DNA from: Gemmatimonadales bacterium
GTDB taxonomy: Bacteria > Gemmatimonadota > Gemmatimonadetes > Gemmatimonadales > GWC2-71-9
Direction of reading: 5' to 3'
Assembly: GCA_037189525.1 (NCBI GenBank)
Contig: JBBCJC010000005.1
Coordinates: 288,001 to 352,000, forward strand
DNA length: 64,000 nt
Position numbers and translations under genes: made by a program
In this document: one piece after another, positions 52,902 through 62,568 of the stretch
Numbering within the stretch: the first letter of the stretch is position 1
Layout: every line of letters starts with the position of its first letter
The notes under the pieces: generated by a model
The model's database searches: none
Told to the model about the DNA's origin: nothing
Seen by the model: the letters and a program-made list of their open reading frames with translations, nothing else

Positions 52902-54059
52902 TCACGGGCGACCGTCGAAATACCGAACCGTGGCGTCGACCAGCACGTCGACCACGGGCTCGAGCGTCGCCACCTCGACGTACTCGTTCTTCTCGTGGAA
53001 GCCGGTGCCCCGCGGTCCGAACGTCACCGTCGGAATCCTGCCCTCCCCGAGATAGACGTTACCGTCGGTGATGACCAGCGTGCCCCCCAGCCGCGGCGCC
53101 ACGCCGAGCCGCGCCTGGTACGCAGCCTCGAAGGCGGCCATCCCGGGATGCGCCGGATCGAGCTCGAACGGCTCGTACGACGGCGGCGCGGCTTCGACCG
53201 TGACCGTCGACTCGAGCCCGAGCCCCGCGATCAGCGTTCGCAGTTCGTCGAGCGCCTTGGCCTGGGTTTCGCCAGGAGCCAGCAGGCGGGTGATGATGAT
53301 CTCGCACCGTTCGGGCACGATCACCGAGTACTCGCGATACCCGCCGTCGATCTTGAGGGTGGAGTAATTCATCGGCCCGATCAGGTGATGCGAACCGAGC
53401 GGCAGCCGATCGAGCGCCGCCACGATCTTGGACGCATCGTGAACCGCGTTGATGCCCCGCTCCGGCGAGAGCAGCGCATGCGAGGTCCGCCCCGTCACCA
53501 CGACACGGTAGAGGATCTTGCCCGGCTGCGCAATCGGGATCACCAGGTCGGTCGCTTCCGAACCGCCGTAGAAGCTCTCGGTCAGAAAGAGCAAGTCGCT
53601 CTTGCCTAACGGCGTCTCGAGGAGCGCGCGCGAGCCGGTGCCGAACGCCTCCTCATCCACCGTCGCCGCAAACGCCAGCGTGCCCAGCCGGCTGGCCAGG
53701 GCCGGATCCTGGATCAACCGGCGAAACGCATGAAAGGCGCAGGCAATGCCCGACTTCATGTCGAGCGCGCCCAGTCCGTACAGCTTGCCGTCACGCTCCA
53801 CCGGGTCCAGCGGGTCCGTCTCCCATCCCTCGGCCGCATCGACGGTATCGAGGTGACCGGTAAACGTGACCAGTCCGGACTTGGGACCGGCTTTGACGAT
53901 GACATAGACGTTCGGCCGGCCCGGCGAAACCTCCTGCCAGACGGGCTCGAGCCCGATACTCCGAATTTCGTCCGCCACCAGCTGCGCAAGCGGCCCTTCG
54001 GCCGGCAGCCGGGAATCGACCCGCACCATCCGCTTCGTAAAGGAAAGAACGTCGCTCAT
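52902..54059 (-). CDS. M20 metallo-hydrolase (ArgE/DapE family)
   Basis: GHLDTV, YGLGALDMKSG, DEE, GRTSHA, FHEKNEYV. Confidence 0.9.
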   Translation of the reverse strand: MSDVLSFTKRMVRVDSRLPAEGPLAQLVADEIRSIGLEPVWQEVSPGRPNVYVIVKAGPKSGLVTFTGHLDTVDAAEGWETDPLDPVERDGKLYGLGALDMKSGIACAFHAFRRLIQDPALASRLGTLAFAATVDEEAFGTGSRALLETPLGKSDLLFLTESFYGGSEATDLVIPIAQPGKILYRVVVTGRTSHALLSPERGINAVHDASKIVAALDRLPLGSHHLIGPMNYSTLKIDGGYREYSVIVPERCEIIITRLLAPGETQAKALDELRTLIAGLGLESTVTVEAAPPSYEPFELDPAHPGMAAFEAAYQARLGVAPRLGGTLVITDGNVYLGEGRIPTVTFGPRGTGFHEKNEYVEVATLEPVVDVLVDATVRYFDGRP

Positions 54060-54128
54060 GCCGAACCTTGGGAGAAGAACGAGGAACCTGCGAAAGCCGC
54101 CAAATATACCGGCCCGATGGATCGTGCC

Positions 54129-55277
54129 CTAGTCACCAGACGTCCTGGCAAACGAGCGATCGATCCGGAAATGACTGATGTCGGCCGCGGTTTCGCCCCG
54201 GGTGACCAGATCGGTGAGGATCTCGCCGATAGCGGGAGCGAACTTGAACCCGTGGCCGGAACACGGACTGGCGATCACGACCCGCCGATCGTCCGGATGG
54301 AAATCGAGGATGAAATCTTCGTCGGGCGTGTTGGTGTAGAGGCAGACGCCACCCCGCACCGCCGGCCCGATCATCCCAGGAAAGGTCTGGTCGACGATGG
54401 CCCGAACCGCTCGTTCGTCGGCGTCGTGGACGGTTCGATCGGCCGTATCCGGATCGACCGCCGTCCCCTCGTGATGCACCGCCACTTTGAAGCCGTGCCC
54501 CTGGTCTGGAAAACCGTAGATCGAACGCCCCGGCGACCACTCCCAGAGGAAGATCGGACAGCGGCCGAGCTCGAACCACGCCTTGGGCGCGGTGGGCTCG
54601 AACCAGAACAGAACCTGACGATTGGGCGCCAGCGACAACGACCGCTTGGGCAATCCCTTGGCCATCCACGCGCCCGCCGCGAGGATCAGACGATCGGCGG
54701 TGTACCGACCCTCTGCCGTCGTCACCGTGATCCGCTCCCCGCTTTCCCAATCGAGGACCGGCTCGTTGTAGTGCAAGTCAGCCCCAGCCCCGCGCGCGAC
54801 CCCGAGCGCCGACTCGATCGCGTCTTCCGGCATCAGCGATCCGGCGCGCGGCTCATAGACCGCCACCTGTCCCGGCAGCAAACGGAAGGCCGGGAACCGC
54901 TCCGCCACCTGCGCAGCCTCCAGCAGTTCCGCCTGCAGGCCGAATTGCTGCGCACTGGCCATGGCGCCTGACACGATGTAACCACTCCGCTCGCCGATCA
55001 GCAGCCCGCCGGTCGTCGTCAGGATGGATCGGCCGGCCAGCCGCTCGAGCTCCGCCCAGAGCGGATAGGCCCGTTGCACGATCGGGACATAGTAGCGCTG
55101 CTCGGAATAGCATTCGCGAATGATCCGGCTCAATCCGGTGGAGGAACCGTTGGCATGCGGCGGCGCAAAACGGTCGAAGCCGATGACCTTGAGGCCGCGC
55201 GCACTCGCCTGCCATGCGGCCATGCTGCCCATTGCGCCGAGCCCGGCGATTGCCACATCGTAGTGCGCGGTACTCAT
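54129..55277 (-). CDS. solA: N-methyl-L-tryptophan / monomeric sarcosine oxidase family FAD oxidase
   Basis: GLGAMGS, GSSTGLSRIIR, CLYTNTPDEDFILD, SPCSGHGFKFAP; ATG 55277. Confidence 0.88.
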   Translation of the reverse strand: MSTAHYDVAIAGLGAMGSMAAWQASARGLKVIGFDRFAPPHANGSSTGLSRIIRECYSEQRYYVPIVQRAYPLWAELERLAGRSILTTTGGLLIGERSGYIVSGAMASAQQFGLQAELLEAAQVAERFPAFRLLPGQVAVYEPRAGSLMPEDAIESALGVARGAGADLHYNEPVLDWESGERITVTTAEGRYTADRLILAAGAWMAKGLPKRSLSLAPNRQVLFWFEPTAPKAWFELGRCPIFLWEWSPGRSIYGFPDQGHGFKVAVHHEGTAVDPDTADRTVHDADERAVRAIVDQTFPGMIGPAVRGGVCLYTNTPDEDFILDFHPDDRRVVIASPCSGHGFKFAPAIGEILTDLVTRGETAADISHFRIDRSFARTSGD

Positions 55278-55321
55278 CGTGCCTCCCGAAGGAACCCGCT
55301 CCGGCTCATTAGATTGCCGGC

Positions 55322-56245
55322 ATGCCATTCAACGATACGACCATCGATGTGCAGCATCTCAACCGTCGGCAGTACGTTGCCGTCGAGTTGCTGGCGACCT
55401 CGGCCGGGCCGGTGCTGCTCGACACAGGCCCGGGCTCGACCCTCGATACCCTCGAAGCCGGTCTTGCCGCGGCAGGCACCCGGGTCGAGGCGCTCCATGC
55501 CGTCCTGCTCTCGCACATTCACTTCGATCACGCCGGCGCCACTGGCCTTCTGGTGGAGCGCAATCCGAACCTGATCGTGTATGTCCACGAGCGGGGCGCC
55601 CGCCACCTGGCCGATCCCGCCAAACTGGTGGCCAGCGCCACGCGGATCTATGGCGATCGCATGGACAGCCTGTGGGGTCGCTTCCTGCCGGTTCCGCCGC
55701 CCAACCTGCGCTCACTCACGGGCGGCGAAACCGTCCGCCTGGGTAACCGCGAGTTTGCCGTGGCCGCCACGCCGGGGCACGCCTCACATCATGTCGGCTA
55801 CTACGAGGCCGCTACGTCGACCGCCTACGTCGGCGATACCGGCGGCCTGCACGTGCCTGCCCTGCCGATCACGCTTCCGGTGACACCGCCGCCGGATTTC
55901 GACCTGGAAGCATGGCTCGCCAGCCTGGACCAGATCGCCAGCTGGGCACCGGCGCGGCTCTTCTGCACCCACTACGGCTTCAGCAACGACGTTCCTGCCC
56001 ACCTGGCAGATCTCCGTCGCGGGCTGGCACAGTGGACGGCGCTGGCTCGGGACCTGCTTTCACGAGACCTGTCGGACGACGCGCGAGCCGATCAGTTCCA
56101 CCGCGCCGTCCTGGCCGGTCTCGAAGGTCAGGCCTCACCCGAGGCCATCGCCGCCTTCTCGTCGTTTGCCGACTTCAGGGCCAGCTATCACGGCATTGCC
56201 CGCTATTGGCAGAAGCGACTGGCCCAACCATCGCCGACAGCCTGA
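55322..56245 (+). CDS. MBL-fold metallo-hydrolase
   Basis: SHIHFDHAG (HxHxDH), TPGHASHH, GD, THYG. Confidence 0.9.
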   Translation: MPFNDTTIDVQHLNRRQYVAVELLATSAGPVLLDTGPGSTLDTLEAGLAAAGTRVEALHAVLLSHIHFDHAGATGLLVERNPNLIVYVHERGARHLADPAKLVASATRIYGDRMDSLWGRFLPVPPPNLRSLTGGETVRLGNREFAVAATPGHASHHVGYYEAATSTAYVGDTGGLHVPALPITLPVTPPPDFDLEAWLASLDQIASWAPARLFCTHYGFSNDVPAHLADLRRGLAQWTALARDLLSRDLSDDARADQFHRAVLAGLEGQASPEAIAAFSSFADFRASYHGIARYWQKRLAQPSPTA

Positions 56246-56332
56246 CCAACCGGTCCAGCCGGTGCAGCGCCGCATCCAGCGCCTGCCGGACCGTGTGGAT
56301 CGGCGCTCCGGCAGCCCCGGCCTCCGGGTGGC

Positions 56333-57583
56333 TTACCAGTTGAAGCGACCCGGATCGAACGGCGCCAGCGCATCGGGCGCGGCATTTCCCGTCATCGCAT
56401 CGGCCATCACATTGCCCGTGACCGGCGCGAGCGTAATTCCCAGCATCGCATGCCCGGTAGCCAGGTAGACGTTCCGGAATCCCGGCACCAGGCCGAGCAT
56501 CGGTAAACCGTCTGGTGTGAGCGGACGCATCCCGACCCACTCGGTGCCCACGTTGGGACCGATCTTGGCGTTCAGGTAGCGATCGATGCCCTTGCGAATC
56601 CCGCGAACCCGGCGCGGATCGAAGTAGGTGTTGACCCCGGAGAGTTCCATCGTTCCGGCAAATCGCACCGCCTCACCATCGAACGGCGTCACGCCGATCC
56701 GCGCCTCGCCCAGGTAGAGCGGACGGGTCAATTGCGGTGCGGCGCCGTCGTTGACGGTGATGCTGTAGCCTTTGCCCGCCTGCACCGGCAGCGACCGCCC
56801 GAACGGCTGCAGCACTTCTCCGGACCAGGCGCCCGCCGCCACCAGCACCTCGTCCGCCAGGAGCGTCCCGGCCGTCGTCTCGACGCCGGTCACCCGATCA
56901 CCGCTCACGACCGCGCCGCGTACCTCGATCCCGGTCTGTACCTCGACGCCAAGTTCCTTGAGCCGCTGGACATAGCCGGAGGTCAGCGTCTCGGGGCGAA
57001 TATGGTATTCCTCTTTGACCAGGAAACCGCCATGGACCTGATCTGACAGGCCGGGCTCGAGCTGGCGTAGTTCTCGGCCCGAAATCGGCGACGGCACCAC
57101 GTAGCCGTAACGCTGGTAGTAGTCGAATTCCTGCAGCGTGTTCTGAAGGTACTGCTCGCCCATGAAGACGAAGAGCAGTCCTTCGCGATGCAACTCGAAC
57201 TTGACGCCGTCGGCTTCGAGCGCATCGAACGCGGCGAGCGTAGTGCTGTTGAGCTCCGCCATGAGCGTGAGCCCGCGGAGGAAATCCTTCTGGTTGCAGT
57301 AGCGCCAGAAGCGCCAGAGCCAGCGGGCGAGACGAGGCGCAGCCGTCGGCGCGATGTACAACGGGCTGTCACTCTTGAGCATCCACTTGAGCGAAGTCCA
57401 GGTCAGACCCGGCGCCGGAATCGGCGCCGAAATGGACGGCGTGATCCAGCCGGCATTCCCTTTGGAGGCGCCCTCACCCGGCAAACCCTTGTCGATCACC
57501 AGCACGTCGCGACCACGCTGACGTAAGGCGTACGCACAGGCCAATCCAATCGCGCCGGCGCCCACCACGATGGTTCGTTTCAT
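56333..57583 (-). CDS. D-amino-acid dehydrogenase (DadA-like FAD oxidoreductase)
   Basis: VGAGAIG, GASKGNAG, AGKGYS, WVGMRPLTPDGLP, ATGHAMLGITLAP. Confidence 0.88.
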   Translation of the reverse strand: MKRTIVVGAGAIGLACAYALRQRGRDVLVIDKGLPGEGASKGNAGWITPSISAPIPAPGLTWTSLKWMLKSDSPLYIAPTAAPRLARWLWRFWRYCNQKDFLRGLTLMAELNSTTLAAFDALEADGVKFELHREGLLFVFMGEQYLQNTLQEFDYYQRYGYVVPSPISGRELRQLEPGLSDQVHGGFLVKEEYHIRPETLTSGYVQRLKELGVEVQTGIEVRGAVVSGDRVTGVETTAGTLLADEVLVAAGAWSGEVLQPFGRSLPVQAGKGYSITVNDGAAPQLTRPLYLGEARIGVTPFDGEAVRFAGTMELSGVNTYFDPRRVRGIRKGIDRYLNAKIGPNVGTEWVGMRPLTPDGLPMLGLVPGFRNVYLATGHAMLGITLAPVTGNVMADAMTGNAAPDALAPFDPGRFNW

Positions 57584-57610
57584 ATCCGTTCCGATCCGTC
57601 AGAGCGCCGA

Positions 57611-59695
57611 TTAGCGCTTCAGATGACGATTGAAAAAGTCGAGCGACGCCCGATAGATCCTGGACCAGTTGTCGTAGGTCAGGAAGTCGTGGACGTCATC
57701 CGGGAAGACCATCGTTTCCGGTTCGATCCCCTGGTTCCGGAGCGCGGCCACCAGGCGAATCGACTCGTTGAACTTGACGTTCCGGTCGTCGTCGCCATGG
57801 ATGATGAGGACCGGCGAGCGCCAGGTATCGACCCACCGGAGCGGCGACGAGTCGAACGCCAGCTGCGTAGCGCGGGGATCCTCCAGCGGGTTGTAGCTGG
57901 GGACGAAGTTATGGATCCCTTCGTTCCAGTCATGCACCCCGTGGATGTCGACGCCGGCCTTGTAGAGATCCGACGCCTTCGCGAGCCCCATGGCCGTCAG
58001 ATAGCCGCCGTACGATCCGCCCCACAGACCGATCCGGTTACCGTCGACGTCGGCGCGCCCGCGCAGGTACATCCCGGCGCCCATTACGTCGTTGAACTCG
58101 GTGGCGCCGGTGGCGCCGTAATTTTCCGCCTCCCGGAATTTCATCCCGTACCCGGTACCGCTCCGGTAGTTAGCCGACAACACCACATAGCCGTGCTGCG
58201 CCAGCCACTGATTCATGGCATAGGCGCCGGCGTAGTAGCCCATGTAGTGAAAGCCGAGCAGCATCTGTCGCCGGGATCCACCATGGAAGAAGACCACCGC
58301 TGGCCGCTTCTCACCCGACTTGAGATCGGGCGGCAGGAACAGCTGCGCATGGATCTGCATCCCGTCGGCCGAGGTGTAGATGACCTGCTCGGGCTCGACC
58401 AGACGGCTCGACGGGAAGGAAGCGGGAGTCGACCCGGGCGCCAGCGGCCGGATCTTGCCGTCGATCAGGACGGCGGCGTGCGACGGAGTCCGCGCATCGG
58501 AATGCAGGAACGCCAGCGTCCGCCCATCGGCCAGCGGTTCCGGCGCCCACTCGATGCTCTTCTCGCTCCGCCAGAGCGGCTCCGGCGCGCCGCCGTTGAC
58601 GCTGACGCGATAGAGGTCGCGCCGATCGATATTGCCTATGTTGGTGTTGTAGTAGACCGACTGCCCGTCGGGAGACAGGGTGACGTACTCGACTTCACCG
58701 GCGCCGGGCGTGAGATGCACGGGCTCGCCGCCCTGCGCAGGAATCGAATACAACTGGCCCCAGTCGTTCCGCTCCCACAGGAACACCAGCCGGTCGCCCG
58801 CGCCCCACATCAACCCGGGGCCGGTCGGACCCTGGAAGACGCTGCCGTCGCCTTCGGCCGCCGTCCAGATCTTGCGGGCCGTACCGGCGCCGACATCGGC
58901 GACCCAGATCGACCAGGGACGCGCCGACCGGATCGCGCCGAAGAGCGGCATCCGGATGCCCGCCGGAATCCGCACGAAGGCCAGCCGCTTCCCGTCCGGC
59001 GACCATGCCGCATGGCCGTCGCGATCATAGCTCGGTTCGATCCAGCGCAGCGAGCGCGCCGAGAAATCATAGAGGCCGATGAACGAGTGGGTACCGCGGC
59101 CGCTGGTGAACGCCAGCTTGGAACCGTCCGGCGAAAACCGCAGCGTGCCGGCTCCGCCCCGCGCCTTGAACAACTCCGTCGCGGCGGGCGTCGCGCCTCC
59201 GACCTGCGCCGTCCAGACCTGGCCGCGAGAGACATAGACCACCCGATCGCCCGTCGGCGACATCGCAACGCCGGAACCGACCCCGACCCGCACCGGTTCC
59301 CCGCCCGCCACCGCAATCCGCCAGACCGCCTGCTCCTGGCCGCGCGGATCACTGGTGGGATTGGGAATCTCTCCCTGCCGATTGGGACCGCCGCCGCGCA
59401 CATAGAAAACCGTCTTCCCATCCGGAGAGACGACGACATTCCCGATGGCCTGGCCGTCATCGGCCGTATAGCGCGTGAGCTGCCGCCCGGTAAACTGTGG
59501 CCCCGTCGCGACCCAGACGTTGCGGACACCGCGAGTGTTGTGCACCCACGCGATGGTGGCCCCGCCCGACGTCAGATTCTCCGCGAAAGGAGCGGCAATC
59601 ACGTCGTCGATCGAAAATGGCGTCTGCTGCGCAGAGACCGGACCCGCCAGCATCCCGGCCATCGACAGCACTGCCACCATGGTCCGTAATCTCAT
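57611..59695 (-). CDS. S9 prolyl-oligopeptidase family serine peptidase (exported; beta-propeller + alpha/beta hydrolase)
   Basis: Signal peptide, SPDG repeats, GGSYGG nucleophile, HGDDDRNV, DDVHDF; GAGGAG RBS before ATG 59695. Confidence 0.92.
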   Translation of the reverse strand: MRLRTMVAVLSMAGMLAGPVSAQQTPFSIDDVIAAPFAENLTSGGATIAWVHNTRGVRNVWVATGPQFTGRQLTRYTADDGQAIGNVVVSPDGKTVFYVRGGGPNRQGEIPNPTSDPRGQEQAVWRIAVAGGEPVRVGVGSGVAMSPTGDRVVYVSRGQVWTAQVGGATPAATELFKARGGAGTLRFSPDGSKLAFTSGRGTHSFIGLYDFSARSLRWIEPSYDRDGHAAWSPDGKRLAFVRIPAGIRMPLFGAIRSARPWSIWVADVGAGTARKIWTAAEGDGSVFQGPTGPGLMWGAGDRLVFLWERNDWGQLYSIPAQGGEPVHLTPGAGEVEYVTLSPDGQSVYYNTNIGNIDRRDLYRVSVNGGAPEPLWRSEKSIEWAPEPLADGRTLAFLHSDARTPSHAAVLIDGKIRPLAPGSTPASFPSSRLVEPEQVIYTSADGMQIHAQLFLPPDLKSGEKRPAVVFFHGGSRRQMLLGFHYMGYYAGAYAMNQWLAQHGYVVLSANYRSGTGYGMKFREAENYGATGATEFNDVMGAGMYLRGRADVDGNRIGLWGGSYGGYLTAMGLAKASDLYKAGVDIHGVHDWNEGIHNFVPSYNPLEDPRATQLAFDSSPLRWVDTWRSPVLIIHGDDDRNVKFNESIRLVAALRNQGIEPETMVFPDDVHDFLTYDNWSRIYRASLDFFNRHLKR

Positions 59696-59816
59696 CGTGT
59701 ACTCCTCGTTCCGAGTCTCGAACGCCGGCGTCCCCGGCCCGGGATCGATCGGCCGGCATTGCCAGGCCACCGTCCGTGATCCACTATATGTCACCCTCAC
59801 CCACTACCGGCCGACC

Positions 59817-61046
59817 ATGACCGCTACGCCCCGGGACACCCGCCTGCTGGTCGGCATGCTCGCGCTCCTGAGCCTGATCGGCTACCTGCTCCGCACCGAC
59901 ATCACCATCGCGCAAGAACTGATGGCGCCCGCGCTCGGCCTCTCGATGGCCGACATGGGCCTGATCACCGGTCTCGGCTTTCAACTGGCCTACGCCCTGT
60001 TCCAGGTTCCCGCCGGCATTCTCGGCGACCGTTTCGGGGCCCGGCCCATACTCGGCATTGCCCTGATCGGGATGGGAATTGCCTCGCTCGCCTCGGGATT
60101 GGCCGGCACCTTCGGGAGCGCCTTTATCCTGCTGTTCGCCGCCCGGTCATTGCTCGGCGTGGCCCAGGCCGCCACCTACCCGGTCGGCGCACTGGCCATT
60201 CGCCAGCGAGTCCCAGGCGACTATCAAACCACGGCCAGCGCCATCTTCGTCTCGACCTCACTGCTCGGATCGGCGCTCGCTCCGCTCGTCCTCGCCCCGC
60301 TGATGGCCGCCACCGGCTGGCGTCCCGTCTTTCTGGTGAGCGGCCTGGTCGGGCTGCTCGGCGCGGCGGCCTGGTTTGCCCTGGCCCCCGCCATTCCACG
60401 TCCCGCCGCCGCGACGACGCTCGGTTCGCAGACGCGGAGCGCGCTGGCACTCTTCCGCAACCGGGATGTCGTGCTGCTCTCGCTTGCCTACCTGCTCCAC
60501 TCGGCGGTCTTCTTCGTCTTCATCTTCTGGTTCTTCCGCTACCTCACCGACGCGCGTGGCATGAGCCTGCTCGCCAGCGGCTTCTGGGGCAGCATCCCGC
60601 CGATCACGGCGTTCCTGTTCGCGCCCATCGGGGGTCTGCTCGCCGACCGGCTCGGCCGTCGCTATCGCCCCGGACGGGCCCGGCGCGCCGTGGCCGTCGG
60701 CTGCCTCGTTGTTGCCGCCCTGCTGGTGCTGCTCGGCGCCAACCTGAGCGATCCGATCCTCGCCATCGCGGTCCTCTCCCTCTCGGTCGCCAGCATCAAC
60801 GCGGCGGAAGGCCCCTTCTGGGTCACCATCACCTCGCTGGGCGGCAGCACGCCCGGCGCCGCTGCCGGGGTCCTCAACCTGATGGGCAACCTGGGCGGGG
60901 TCATCTCCATCTGGGCCGTGCCCCACATGCGCGAGGCTCTGGGCTGGACCACCCTGCTGGCCGTCTGGGCCGGCGTAGCCGGGGTGGCGGCCCTGCTCTG
61001 GCTCCTGGTCAGAGTCGACCGCCCCGAGGTACCCGCCACCGCCTAA
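59817..61046 (+). CDS. MFS transporter (ACS/anion:cation symporter-like)
   Basis: About 12 hydrophobic segments; FQVPAGILGDRFGAR motif A; GGLLADRL; ATG 59817. Confidence 0.9.
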   Translation: MTATPRDTRLLVGMLALLSLIGYLLRTDITIAQELMAPALGLSMADMGLITGLGFQLAYALFQVPAGILGDRFGARPILGIALIGMGIASLASGLAGTFGSAFILLFAARSLLGVAQAATYPVGALAIRQRVPGDYQTTASAIFVSTSLLGSALAPLVLAPLMAATGWRPVFLVSGLVGLLGAAAWFALAPAIPRPAAATTLGSQTRSALALFRNRDVVLLSLAYLLHSAVFFVFIFWFFRYLTDARGMSLLASGFWGSIPPITAFLFAPIGGLLADRLGRRYRPGRARRAVAVGCLVVAALLVLLGANLSDPILAIAVLSLSVASINAAEGPFWVTITSLGGSTPGAAAGVLNLMGNLGGVISIWAVPHMREALGWTTLLAVWAGVAGVAALLWLLVRVDRPEVPATA

Positions 61047-61052
61047 CGACGC

Positions 61053-62462
61053 CTAACGCTTGGGTGCGGTCGCCTTCACGAACACGAGGTTCTGGGTCCG
61101 CGCCGCGCTCAGCCGAAAGCCGGTGACCTGCCCTCGGCGATCGCGATCGACGTCGATCCGCGCCCCACCCACCATGAAGGCATCCGGACCAATCGGCCGC
61201 CAGCGCACCGGCGTGCTCCAGCGGGTCCGCGCGAAGAGCGTGTCGCCTCGCGCCTCGACCACTGCCCAGGTATCGAGCTCCTCACTGGTATACCGCCCAA
61301 CATACGCCGCTGCCTGCTGCGCAGTGATCGGCACGGTCTCCGGCGGTCCGGCCGGTCGGGACGCCGAGGCCTCGGGCGCGGGCCCCAGCTTGCCGGCCAG
61401 ATAGAGGTCGGCAACCTGGTTGGTCAGCACCGTCGGATTGGCGGAACCGTCGTTGCACAACACGGCAATGCCGAGTCGTTCCGACGGGAAGCGAACCAGG
61501 TTGGTGCGGAACCCGAACATCGCGCCGCCGTGCGACACCGTCGCGAGTCCGCGATAGTTCCCCGGCACCAGGCCAAAGGCGTAGGTTGCCTGCGCGCTGT
61601 CCAATCCGCCCGGCGTGATGACGCGATCGATCAGCGCCTGGCCGCCGCCCAGCCGGTTCTGGTAGAAGTTGTGGTCCCAGTTGACCAGGTCTTCGATGCT
61701 GGAGAGGAGCCCGCCGTCGCCCACCAGCGCGTAGCTCGAGCGAATCGCACGATACCCGTCGCCGCGACGCTCATAGCTCTCGGCCCGTCCCGGGACGATC
61801 AGGCTGTTGTCGTCGTGAAAATGGGTATGCCCCATCCCGAGCGGCCCGAACATCTTGGCCTCGGTGTACTCCCGCAGCGACTTGCCGCTCGCCCGTTTGA
61901 CGATCTCGGCCATCAGGATGTACCCCGAATTCGAGTACGAGTACCGCGAGCCGGGTGCAAAGTCGAGCGACCGCTGCCGGGCAATCAGTTCGATCGCGGC
62001 TTCCTGCGGGATCTCGTCCGTGAAGGGCCGGCCCGACAGGCTCCAGAGGCCGAGGTAGTCACGAATCCCGCTGGTGTGGTGCACCAGATGACGAATCCGG
62101 ATCGGATCGGTGTAGGCCGGGAGCTCGGGCACCCACTTGCGCACCGGATCCTCGAGGGAAATCCGGCCTTCTTCGGCAAGCAAGGCGATGGCAAAGGCGG
62201 CGAACTGTTTGGAAACGGAGGCGAGGTAGAAGACGGTGGAGGGGGTGATGGGCACGCCCTGGTTCAGATCCGCCATCCCGTAACCACGGCTGTAGACGAT
62301 CCGGCCATCCCGGAACACCCCCAGGGCACACCCGGGTGTATTGGTGTGGTCGTACCGGGCAAAGATCGCGTCAATGGCCTTGGGGGCGGGCCCTGTCTCC
62401 TGGGCGCTCAACGCCCCTCCGGCGACGAAAAGGCCCAGCAGGCTCGTGGCGAGGAGCTTCAT
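61053..62462 (-). CDS. Serine hydrolase, beta-lactamase/S12 (D-aminopeptidase-like) family, exported
   Basis: ASVSK (SxxK), HHTSGIRD, YSYSNSGY (YxN), HGGA. Confidence 0.9.
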   Translation of the reverse strand: MKLLATSLLGLFVAGGALSAQETGPAPKAIDAIFARYDHTNTPGCALGVFRDGRIVYSRGYGMADLNQGVPITPSTVFYLASVSKQFAAFAIALLAEEGRISLEDPVRKWVPELPAYTDPIRIRHLVHHTSGIRDYLGLWSLSGRPFTDEIPQEAAIELIARQRSLDFAPGSRYSYSNSGYILMAEIVKRASGKSLREYTEAKMFGPLGMGHTHFHDDNSLIVPGRAESYERRGDGYRAIRSSYALVGDGGLLSSIEDLVNWDHNFYQNRLGGGQALIDRVITPGGLDSAQATYAFGLVPGNYRGLATVSHGGAMFGFRTNLVRFPSERLGIAVLCNDGSANPTVLTNQVADLYLAGKLGPAPEASASRPAGPPETVPITAQQAAAYVGRYTSEELDTWAVVEARGDTLFARTRWSTPVRWRPIGPDAFMVGGARIDVDRDRRGQVTGFRLSAARTQNLVFVKATAPKR

Positions 62463-62568
62463 GCGAATCTCGATGGGATTTGGAAGTTGGTATACAATAA
62501 CGAATCCAAAAGGCTAAGTTCAAGGCGAGCTTCCGGTACATCCTTGCCAATTCACAGAGGTTTTTCCG

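Noticed and set aside
57623..59689. 688-aa plus-strand ORF
   Set aside because: Antisense shadow of the S9 peptidase; long antisense ORFs are expected at this GC content and it has no recognisable motifs
59475..59816. N-terminal extensions in the ORF track (MFS from 59475; also pseI, pseC, flgC, S9 and TPR genes)
   Set aside because: They overlap neighbouring genes; downstream starts with an RBS or ATGA coupling fit the protein families better
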